Part shown: piece by piece, positions 1 through 7,890 of the stretch
How positions within the stretch are numbered: position 1 is the first letter of the stretch
Layout of the letters: every line of letters starts with the position of its first letter
Assembly: GCA_963665775.2 (NCBI GenBank)
Contig: CAXXTF010000002.1
Location: 704,001-768,000, forward strand
Direction: 5' to 3'
Length of the DNA stretch: 64,000 bases
From: Dehalococcoidia bacterium
GTDB taxonomy: Bacteria; Chloroflexota; Dehalococcoidia; SM23-28-2; RBG-16-64-32
Position numbers and translations under genes: made by a program
The notes under the pieces: model-generated
Seen by the model: the letters and a program-made list of their open reading frames with translations, nothing else
Told to the model about the DNA's origin: nothing
Databases searched by the model: none

Positions 1-4
1 CAGG

Positions 5-571
5 GTGGACGCCGTAGTCTACTTCCGCGTCGTCGACCCGGAGGCTGCCGTGACCAAGGTCGCGGACTACATTCGCGCCACCTCGCTCATCGCCCAGACC
101 TCCCTGCGCAACGTCATCGGCCAGTCTGAGCTGGACGAGCTCCTGAGCCGCCGCGAGGAGGTGAACCAGCGCCTGCAACAGATCATCGACGAGGCGACCG
201 AGCCCTGGGGCATTAAGGTTACCTCCACGGAAGTACGGGACGTCAGCCTGGCCTCGGAGATGGTCCGGGCCATGGCTCGCCAGGCCGAGGTAGAGCGGGA
301 ACGCCGGGCCAAGATTATCCACGCCGAGGGCGAGTTCCAGGCCGCCGCGAAGCTGGTCGAGGCCGGCAACGTGATGGCCGCCTCCCCCGCCAGCATGCAG
401 CTCCGCTACCTCCAGACCCTCACCGAGATGGCGGGGAACGGGAACACCACTGTGATCCCGTTCCCAATCGACATCGTCACCAAGCTGGCGAGCGCTCTCA
501 CGACCGGTCAGACTCCCACCACCGACCAAGGCGACGGCTCAGCCCAGGAGGAGAATAAGCAGAGCGAGTGA
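5..571 (+). CDS. SPFH/band-7 (stomatin/slipin) family protein, probably 5'-truncated by the window edge
   Basis: Motifs [62 protein letters not shown]; the N-terminal TM part is missing. Confidence 0.93.
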   Translation: MDAVVYFRVVDPEAAVTKVADYIRATSLIAQTSLRNVIGQSELDELLSRREEVNQRLQQIIDEATEPWGIKVTSTEVRDVSLASEMVRAMARQAEVERERRAKIIHAEGEFQAAAKLVEAGNVMAASPASMQLRYLQTLTEMAGNGNTTVIPFPIDIVTKLASALTTGQTPTTDQGDGSAQEENKQSE

Positions 572-640
572 GCCTCGTCGCAATCGCAGCCCCTTCTCGC
601 ATCGGAGTACAGTGCAGATAGGCTAGGAGGACATTGCCGT

Positions 641-1432
641 CTAGGGCGCCAAACGGCTGTCGGGCGCGGAGGCGGTGCGCGGCCGCGATTCCGGCATCTG
701 CGCCTCAGCCGCCGCTGCCGGCTCCGAGCTGAGCGCCCCGTCCGGGGCGTACTCCGGCCGCCTGGCGATGAGGTACCCACCGGCGACACTGGCGATAAGG
801 AGGGACTCTAGAATCGTCGCCCCGCCGATGAGTAGCGTGATATCCCGCCAGAAAGACTCCGGGTACATCTGGATCAGGTGATCGGTAGTGGGGTTCAGCC
901 GCCAGAAGTCGTTGCTGAAGGCCAGGAAATGGAACTGGTTCCAGGCCGCATCGAACCCCGTCAGGGCGACGATACCGGCTAGGCCGATGAGGCCCACGGT
1001 CAGCAGCGATCCGGATAGAGCAGCCGCGGCGAGGGCACGGACCGGCCACCGCACGAGCATCGCCACCGCCAGCGTCAGCACCGCCGCGATGGCGACGGTC
1101 TGGATCGTGAACAGGGCACGGAACAGGTCACGCACATCGGCCAGATGTGCGGTCTCACGGGCGTTGAAGAGAGACTCCACCCGGCCCCTGCTGTCCCGGA
1201 CCTCGATCAACAGCGGACCGGCATCACCAGCGCTGAAATAGGCCAGCAGCTCACTGTTGGCTCGCAGTAGTTCGGACTCGGGGATACCGGAGACGGCCGC
1301 AGCATCGTACTCGCGGACGGCGTAGTCGTAGACCCGCTGCTCTGAGGCGGCGAAGCGGATGTTCGTCGTGATCAGAGCGACGGGTATCGCCAGAACGAGC
1401 AACCCTACAGCTAGGGAACGAACGAGGCCCAA
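641..1432 (-). CDS. Integral membrane protein, TIGR01906/DUF1461-like
   Basis: E..HLADVR.LF, F...W..FH...FSNDFW..NP..D.LIQMYPE.FW motifs; TTG start at 1432 after GGAGG (ORF track extends it to 1519). Confidence 0.8.
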   Translation of the reverse strand: MGLVRSLAVGLLVLAIPVALITTNIRFAASEQRVYDYAVREYDAAAVSGIPESELLRANSELLAYFSAGDAGPLLIEVRDSRGRVESLFNARETAHLADVRDLFRALFTIQTVAIAAVLTLAVAMLVRWPVRALAAAALSGSLLTVGLIGLAGIVALTGFDAAWNQFHFLAFSNDFWRLNPTTDHLIQMYPESFWRDITLLIGGATILESLLIASVAGGYLIARRPEYAPDGALSSEPAAAAEAQMPESRPRTASAPDSRLAP

Positions 1433-1574
1433 TCCCACCTCCCCCTGGACTAGCCAATTACTGAACCTGACCTCACGGCTCCTCCCTCCATCGTAGGTAG
1501 AGCGGTTCAAGATTGTCAACGCTCTTGGCGACCGGTTATCATGCGTTAGAGTAGTTTCCCGAAAGGACGTTCCA

Positions 1575-2348
1575 ATGCCCCCTACGAAGAGAGATCTGCG
1601 TACGATCGGCGGGCTGCGACGGCTGGTCGCTACCCTGAGGGATCCCGACGGCTGCCCCTGGGACCGAGTCCAGACTCACCAGTCACTGAGGCCTTACCTG
1701 ATGGAAGAGGCCAGCGAGACGCTGGCCGCCCTCGACGAAGGCGCCTCAGACCGGCTCTGCGAGGAGCTGGGCGACCTGTTGCTGCAGGTCCTGATGCACG
1801 TGCAGATCGCCGAGGAGATGGGAGAGTTCCACTTGGAGGATGTCGTGCAGGGCATCTCCGACAAGTTGGTACGGCGCCACCCCCACGTGTTCGGCGAGGC
1901 CGTGGCGGAAACCCCGGAGGCAGTGGTGAACCAGTGGGAGGAGCTGAAGCGGGAGGAGCGCGGCGACGCCTCGGCGCTGACAGGGGTGCCGGAGACGCTT
2001 CCCGCCTTGGCCTTCGCCCAGGCGATCCAGCGGCGGGCGGAGCGCGCCGGATTCGCCTGGGAATCCGTCGCGCAAGCCTGGGAGGCCCTGGAAGAGGAGC
2101 TGGCCGAGGTGAGGGGTGCGCAGACGGCGGCGGAACGGCAGGCGGAAGTGGGCGACGCCCTGTTCGCGCTGGCTAACGTCGCTCGCTGGCTGGAAGCCGA
2201 TGCCGAGGAGGCGCTGCGATCGACCTGTCGCGGCTTCCGGCGGCTGTTCCAGCGAGTCGAGGAGACGGCAAGGGAGCAGGGACGAGACTTGAGGGAGATG
2301 GAGATGGGGGAAAAGCTTACGCTATGGGACGACGCCAAGACGGCGTAG
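1575..2348 (+). CDS. mazG: Nucleoside triphosphate pyrophosphohydrolase MazG
   Basis: LRDPDGCPWDRVQT, EELGDLLLQV, KLVRRHPHVFG; second MazG-like domain. Confidence 0.93.
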   Translation: MPPTKRDLRTIGGLRRLVATLRDPDGCPWDRVQTHQSLRPYLMEEASETLAALDEGASDRLCEELGDLLLQVLMHVQIAEEMGEFHLEDVVQGISDKLVRRHPHVFGEAVAETPEAVVNQWEELKREERGDASALTGVPETLPALAFAQAIQRRAERAGFAWESVAQAWEALEEELAEVRGAQTAAERQAEVGDALFALANVARWLEADAEEALRSTCRGFRRLFQRVEETAREQGRDLREMEMGEKLTLWDDAKTA

Positions 2349-2445
2349 TTCTGATGACGGATAAGCCGCTCTCTCAGGCTGGACACCCTGTGATATCCTG
2401 TGAGCATCGATCTATGGCTAGAGATACTAAAAATTGGAGGGCCTC

Positions 2446-3027
2446 TTGAGCCAGCAGAAACAGAGCGTCGTCACGCCGGAGCGGTTTGCCTCAGGGTTGA
2501 CCTGGCAGCAGTTCCTGGCCCACATCCAGCGCAATAAGGAGAAATTCGAGAACAACTACCGGGACGCGGAGCTGCCGGAGGATGACATCGCCGCCTTGGG
2601 AGCGCTAGTGACCTTGCCTAATGGGCCGGCCAAGGCGTTGGCCCTGGGCGAGGACTGGTGTCCGGATGTGTTTCGGGGCCTACCGGTCATGGCCCGCATC
2701 GCCGAGGCGGCGGGTATTGACCTGCGCATCTTCCCTCGCGACGCCAACCTGGACATCATGAACGAATTCCTCAAACATGGGGAGCACCAGTCGATTCCCA
2801 CCTTCGTCTTCTACACTCGTGACCACGACTACATCACCCACTGGATCGACCGGCCGGCTCTGGCCGACGAGCAGATGGAGGAGATGAGGAAGCTGTTTGA
2901 AGGTCGCACCCGAGATGAGGCCGCGCCGCTGTACGACGAGTTCCAGCGGGGGCCCATCTGGGCTGGTTGGCGAACCGAGACCGTGCGGGAGCTGCGCCGG
3001 CTATTGGCGGAGAACCTCCGAAGCTAG
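2446..3027 (+). CDS. Thioredoxin-fold protein (Thioredoxin_9-like, monothiol WCPD)
   Basis: EDWCPD...LRIFPRD...QSIPTFVFY; TTG at 2446 after GGAGG. Confidence 0.8.
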   Translation: MSQQKQSVVTPERFASGLTWQQFLAHIQRNKEKFENNYRDAELPEDDIAALGALVTLPNGPAKALALGEDWCPDVFRGLPVMARIAEAAGIDLRIFPRDANLDIMNEFLKHGEHQSIPTFVFYTRDHDYITHWIDRPALADEQMEEMRKLFEGRTRDEAAPLYDEFQRGPIWAGWRTETVRELRRLLAENLRS

Positions 3028-3099
3028 CTCACCGATAGCCACGGAAATCGGAGCCGCGCCCCACCGCCTGACGCTCCCGCAATCGCACCGGAGAAAGCG

Positions 3100-3132
3100 G
3101 CGAGAGGCAGCCCGCCCCTGACTGCCTCTCGC
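3100..3132 (+). terminator. Stem-loop downstream of the thioredoxin gene
   Basis: Perfect 11-bp inverted repeat GCGAGAGGCAG / CTGCCTCTCGC; no U-tract. Confidence 0.45.
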
Positions 3133-3339
3133 TATCCCACTCCCGTGAGCGGGACCAGAAGGAGGTTGCCCGTAGTTATCAGATTCGTAAAGTATAACGC
3201 CTAGCGCCCAAGAAAAGTTAACTAAGTGGTAATGCGCATTGGCGTTTGCTCATTCGCGAAACGACCGTTTCCCTCAAGCCAAGCAAAACGCGAGCAGCAG
3301 GAACAACGTTTCGGCTCACCCTTCAGAGCGATACCCATA

Positions 3340-3355
3340 CGAACAGACGTATAAT
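3340..3355 (+). promoter_or_regulatory. LexA-box-like site overlapping a -10 element
   Basis: CGAACAGACGTATAAT; near-identical layout upstream of pcrA (10219-10234). Confidence 0.45.
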
Positions 3356-3428
3356 GATTACGGTAAGATCTACCTGGAAGGCGCTCCCTCAGCCCCTCGC
3401 GGTCCTAGAGCATACGGCTGACCCGAAG

Positions 3429-3479
3429 ATCTCCCGCAAGGTGGCGCGGATGCGGCCCATCAGGTTGGTGAAGGGATAG
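3429..3479 (+). pseudogene. 3' remnant of an RtcB RNA ligase gene
   Basis: ISRKVARMRPIRLVKG-stop resembles the conserved RtcB C-terminus (..RKVARLRPL.V.KG-stop); the rest of the gene is absent. Confidence 0.55.
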
Positions 3480-3509
3480 ACCCTCTTCACAGGCAGAAGG
3501 TGGTGTGAG

Positions 3510-4268
3510 ATGCGTCAGAGAGTCTTCATACTGAGCGGCCTGACGGCCGGGCTCGCCGTCGCCGTGGTCGCGATGGCAATCCTCATCTTCGGCAGCGGTG
3601 GCAACGAGGGGGCGTACCGTCAAGCGGTGCGACCCCTTCTCCAGGAGTGGCAGAGCAGCATCGGCCTCACCACCCTTAACTGTAGCGGCACCGACGCCGA
3701 ACCCGCTACCGGTCAAGATGTCGAGACGCTGGCCGGCACCGGCATCAACCTATCCCTAATCTACAGTCAAGTTCAGGCCCTGGAGACGCCCGATCGCTAT
3801 CAGGACGGCGTCGACGCTATGGCGGCAGTTTCGGCCGAGCTGGAAGCGATCGACGTCGATCGCGGTGAGCTGGCGCTGGCCCTACAAGGGATCGCCCTCT
3901 TCGACCTTGATCTGGCGCTCGCCGACCTGTCGCCGACGCCCGAGAACCAGAGCTGGTTCCTCCGCGCCGTCGGCACCTTCGAAACCTGGGGGACCGACTT
4001 TCAGAACTGGTCCGATTTCATCGACTGCACCCTCGCGGCGGAGCCGGAGCGGGTGGACGAGTTGAGCGACTACATGGGCCAGCTAGAGATTTCCGCGGAG
4101 CAGATGCGACGGCTCCAATCGGATGGCCCCCAGGAGATGCAGCAGGCGTTCGCCCCTTTCTTGAACGGCGTCGACGTCACCACCAAGATCTTCGCTAGGC
4201 TATCGCGGGCCCTCGAGCATCAGGTGGAGGTGGAGCGGGTGTTCGCCGACGTCATCGCGGAGCCGTAA
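3510..4268 (+). CDS. Hypothetical exported or membrane-anchored helical protein
   Basis: N-terminal basic plus hydrophobic segment, acidic helical body, two Cys; coding-like codon usage. Confidence 0.75.
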   Translation: MRQRVFILSGLTAGLAVAVVAMAILIFGSGGNEGAYRQAVRPLLQEWQSSIGLTTLNCSGTDAEPATGQDVETLAGTGINLSLIYSQVQALETPDRYQDGVDAMAAVSAELEAIDVDRGELALALQGIALFDLDLALADLSPTPENQSWFLRAVGTFETWGTDFQNWSDFIDCTLAAEPERVDELSDYMGQLEISAEQMRRLQSDGPQEMQQAFAPFLNGVDVTTKIFARLSRALEHQVEVERVFADVIAEP

Positions 4269-4586
4269 GTGAGGCCAGCGGCGCTCTCCTGACTCCGCAG
4301 GGGGACGCCCAGCCGCTACCGGCGCGACGACGCTCCGCTCGAAAAGTCAAATCGCGGCCGGGAAATCCCCTTTGCAGGCCTGAAACAGCCCCGGGCTGTA
4401 GCAAGGTCGGGCACTACCGCGTCTAGTACTTTAGAGGTCTGATCTTTCCGTGCCCCCTGGATAGCGGAAGGTACTAGTTGAAACTGCGCGCTGGACCTCC
4501 TAGCTAAGACCGTTCCGCAGTTTATGGTGCTCGATGGCCACACTAGAGACGAGAAGTCATATACGACAGGTAAGGTCGTGAGACCG

Positions 4587-6428
4587 ATGCTGCGTGCAGT
4601 TATCGTACTTGGACTGATGGTGGGTTTGATGGCCACCGCCTTGACTACCCTCCCCACCTCTCCAACCGTGGCACAAGGGCCGGAAGGCATCTCCCTGGCT
4701 CTCATTATCGACAACTCCGGCAGTATGGCCAACACTGATCCAGGCAACCTGCGCTTTGCGGCGGCAAGTCAGCTGATAGACCTCCTTCAGAGCGGAGACG
4801 AGATCACCGTAATAACCTTCGCCGATCAGAGCACGGTGCTGATACCACTGACCAAGGTCACTGATGACGGGAGCAAGACCCTCATCAAAGAGGGGCTGAC
4901 GCCGGCCGCCCCCAGCGGCAACACGAACATGGGCCCCGGCTTGCAGGACGGGTTGGCTCAACTCGAACAGGGCTCCAATACCATTCGGTTCGCCATTTTC
5001 CTGACCGATGGCCAGCTGAATCCGCCCGGCTGGAACAGCTTCTCCCCTGAGGAACAAGATGCGGAGCGCAACTCGGTTCTCGAACTGGCGTCGCGTTTCG
5101 CCGAGGCCGAATCGACGCTGTTCACCGTCTCCCTCGCCACGACCGCCGAGCCGGAGTTTCTGCAAACGTTGGCGGGCAACGGCGGCGGCCTCTACCGAGA
5201 GGCCCCAGAGGCCGGGCGCCTGACCCTCGTCTTCCAGGAGATCTTCGCCGCCGAAAAGCTTGACGAGTTCGAGGTCCTGTTCGACGATTGCTTGGCGCCG
5301 GGCGAGCAGCGCGTCGTCAGCTTCTCGGTCCATCAGTTCTTGGACACCCTGTCCCTCTTCGTAACCTATGCAGATGATCCCCGGCCCGCGGTCACGGTGG
5401 TCAGACCGGACGGCGCTCCTCAAGCACCAGCTGGCGGGGACAGCCGCTATGACGCCTTCAACATCGACGCCCCCATGGCAGGAACCTGGACGGTAACGGT
5501 GGTAGGGGCAGCCCAGGGAGAGTCGTGTATAACCATCTCATCCACTCCGCGTGCCCTGGTGGAGGTGGAGTGGATACTGCCAACGGCGTCACACCGGCAG
5601 GCGTCCGGCGAGCCGCTTCAAGTGACGGTGGCCCTGAAAGTGCGCGATCCGGAGACCGGTGAAGAGAGGCCGCTCGAGGACGCCGACGTCTCCGTCACCG
5701 TCACCGGACCGGACGACCAACCCCTCCAGGGCGACCTACAACACACCGGCGCTGGCCAGTATGAGGGAGAAGTGCCTATTAGCAACGTTGAAGGAGAGTA
5801 CAGCATCGGTTTGCTGGTGCAGGCGGGAGACCTCGTCGTGGCGCGTCGCATCCTAGAAGTAGCCATATCCATCGCCGCGCCTGCGGTTCCATCGCCGACA
5901 GCGGTACCCGTAGCGACTCCACAGCCAACGGACAAACCTCCTGTCGCTCTGGTCGAGCCGGATACAGGCGGCGGCGGACTGCCTCTGACCTTGCTATTCC
6001 TTGCCCCTCTCTCTGTTATCGGAATAGCTGTCTCTGCCGGTGCGTATAATCGGTTCGGGCAGCCGGTACTGCGCGGGTTCATCGTGTCCATACAGGGTGG
6101 TCGCGTCTACGAGCTGGAAACTTTACACAGGCGTATGCGGTGGCGGAAACCGCTGACCATGGGCGGGCCGCAAGACGACATCGACCTGGGTGCGGGGAAG
6201 TGTCTTGCCAGAGTCATCCCCCAGAAGAACGGCGAGCCCCTGCTCGAGGTGCTATCCGATGGCGATGATGTGGCCGTGAACAATCGTCGCCTGCAGCCAG
6301 GCCAACGGTGGCGGCTCCTCGACCAGAGCGAAATGAGGCTCGGGAGCGTCGATCTGGTCTATCATTGGCATCTGGACGCTGGGTCCCTGCGACCTCAAGG
6401 CATCCCAAACCGGCCCGTCATCTCGTAG
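4587..6428 (+). CDS. vWA-domain membrane protein with extracellular beta-rich domains and C-terminal FHA-like domain
   Basis: Signal peptide, MIDAS DNSGS..T..TDG, Pro/Thr linker, TM helix, VAVNNRRL..SEMRLG FHA-like tail. Confidence 0.85.
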   Translation: MLRAVIVLGLMVGLMATALTTLPTSPTVAQGPEGISLALIIDNSGSMANTDPGNLRFAAASQLIDLLQSGDEITVITFADQSTVLIPLTKVTDDGSKTLIKEGLTPAAPSGNTNMGPGLQDGLAQLEQGSNTIRFAIFLTDGQLNPPGWNSFSPEEQDAERNSVLELASRFAEAESTLFTVSLATTAEPEFLQTLAGNGGGLYREAPEAGRLTLVFQEIFAAEKLDEFEVLFDDCLAPGEQRVVSFSVHQFLDTLSLFVTYADDPRPAVTVVRPDGAPQAPAGGDSRYDAFNIDAPMAGTWTVTVVGAAQGESCITISSTPRALVEVEWILPTASHRQASGEPLQVTVALKVRDPETGEERPLEDADVSVTVTGPDDQPLQGDLQHTGAGQYEGEVPISNVEGEYSIGLLVQAGDLVVARRILEVAISIAAPAVPSPTAVPVATPQPTDKPPVALVEPDTGGGGLPLTLLFLAPLSVIGIAVSAGAYNRFGQPVLRGFIVSIQGGRVYELETLHRRMRWRKPLTMGGPQDDIDLGAGKCLARVIPQKNGEPLLEVLSDGDDVAVNNRRLQPGQRWRLLDQSEMRLGSVDLVYHWHLDAGSLRPQGIPNRPVIS

Positions 6429-6448
6429 CCAGACAGAGCCCTGTCTGG
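6429..6448 (+). terminator. Hairpin between convergent genes
   Basis: CCAGACAG-agcc-CTGTCTGG immediately after the stop codon. Confidence 0.45.
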
Positions 6449-6454
6449 ACATCC

Positions 6455-6490
6455 GGGCGCATCTTCGCTGACGTTATCGAAGCCCAGTAG
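6455..6490 (+). pseudogene. C-terminal remnant of a paralog of the 3510-4268 gene
   Basis: GRIFADVIEAQ-stop vs ERVFADVIAEP-stop; 24/36 nt identical with aligned stop codons. Confidence 0.5.
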
Positions 6491-6674
6491 ACGGGGCTGC
6501 GGAGACAGCGAGGGGGCCGCCGGGGCCGTCTGCCCTGTTCAGGCCAGGAGCGCCTTCCTCCCAGACCGGATTCTTCACCATCGCCTGCGCCGTGCCGACG
6601 CTGCCGAACATTGGTACGGCCAGGGCGATGAGCAGGGCCGCCACAAACGCGAAGGCCATAATTTTCTTAAGCAT
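6474..6674 (-). CDS. Small secreted peptide (66 aa precursor)
   Basis: Strong RBS GAGGGAGG, signal peptide MLKK..AQA, TTGACC/TAACAT promoter-like site near 6783-6810. Confidence 0.7.
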   Translation of the reverse strand: MLKKIMAFAFVAALLIALAVPMFGSVGTAQAMVKNPVWEEGAPGLNRADGPGGPLAVSAAPSTGLR

Positions 6675-6887
6675 TAGAGCTTCCTCCCTCTTGGGCTAAA
6701 CTCTTGCCGCTGTGGGTTGCCGTTTCCTCTCGCGAAAAGCTCTCACCCCCTTCGCTCTCCTGATCGACCTGGGATGAGGCTTATGTTAACGAAAACGGCG
6801 GGCCGGTCAAGCCTTTGGCCGCCCGGATGGTTAATTTCGGTAAAGAAGCCGCTCCTCGGCCCTGCTACTAGGGCAGCGGCACAGCCC

Positions 6888-7769
6888 CTATGGCGTGGCG
6901 CGCCCGGTGGCCTTCGCCCCCCGCGTGACCAGCGTCATGTGCGGGAACGGGATCTCGATCCCCTCCTCATCGAACGCCTTCTTCAGCCGCAGGCGCAGCT
7001 CCCCCATCACGTCCCACTGGCGGATCGGCTGCGTGTCGCCCAGAATCTTGACCTCGATGCCGGAGTCGCCGAAGGCGTCCACCCGCAGCACGTGGGGCGG
7101 ATCGATGATCAGCGGCGCGAACTCCGGGTCCTCCGCCAGCTCCTTCCCCACCCGGTTGATCACCTCGAACACGTGATCAAGATCCTCTCCGTAGGAGACG
7201 GAGACGTTCATGTTCACCCGGGACCACTCCTGGGTGAAGTTGCTGGCCACGTTGATCTGGCCGTTGGGGACATAGTGGACGATCCCGTCCAAGTCGCGCA
7301 GGACGGTGCGGCGGAGGCCCACGTCCTCCACCAGGCCGGAGATGCCGCCCACGGTCACGACATCGCCCTTGCTGTACTGGTTGTCCATGAGGATGAACAG
7401 GCCGCTGATGATGTCCTTGACCAGGCTCTGGGCGCCGAAGCCGACCGCCAGGCCGATGATGCCGACGCCGGCCAGCAGCGGCGCGATGTTGATCCCGGCC
7501 AGAGGCAATAGCATGAGCAGGGTCGCCAACATGACTATCCCCTGCCCGGTACCGGTGAACACGGAGGCCAGAGTGTCGATCCGCTGCCCTATCTCCTCTT
7601 CGGAAGCCTTTTTCATCTGCCGCTCAATGGCGAGCCGCAGTGAGTGGGGGATGATGCGGTGGAGGGCGATGTCTATGACGATGGCCCCGGCGACGATGGC
7701 GAGTATGCGGGCGCCGTCGCCGGTCAGCCAGTCGGTGAAATCGTCTGTGGTGATGAGGAAGGGCAGCAT
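6888..7769 (-). CDS. Small-conductance mechanosensitive channel MscS family
   Basis: GLAVGFGAQSLVKDIISG, G.VE.VGLR.T.LRD.DG..HYVPNG, GIEIPFP. Confidence 0.95.
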   Translation of the reverse strand: MLPFLITTDDFTDWLTGDGARILAIVAGAIVIDIALHRIIPHSLRLAIERQMKKASEEEIGQRIDTLASVFTGTGQGIVMLATLLMLLPLAGINIAPLLAGVGIIGLAVGFGAQSLVKDIISGLFILMDNQYSKGDVVTVGGISGLVEDVGLRRTVLRDLDGIVHYVPNGQINVASNFTQEWSRVNMNVSVSYGEDLDHVFEVINRVGKELAEDPEFAPLIIDPPHVLRVDAFGDSGIEVKILGDTQPIRQWDVMGELRLRLKKAFDEEGIEIPFPHMTLVTRGAKATGRATP

Positions 7770-7890
7770 GTGTCTAAAGTTCCTTTCCCTGAGGCAGGTT
7801 GCCTATAGGCTAGTGGAAGGCCGCGGGCGGGGCAAGGGCGGAGGCGACTTCCGCGCGGCAGACGCCAGGGAAACCGAGTGCGGGGCGGGC

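Noticed and set aside
4269-4586. Intergenic region with CTAGTAC/GTACTAG inverted repeat, possible riboswitch or ncRNA
   Set aside because: No recognisable riboswitch core; cannot be supported without an Rfam/Infernal search
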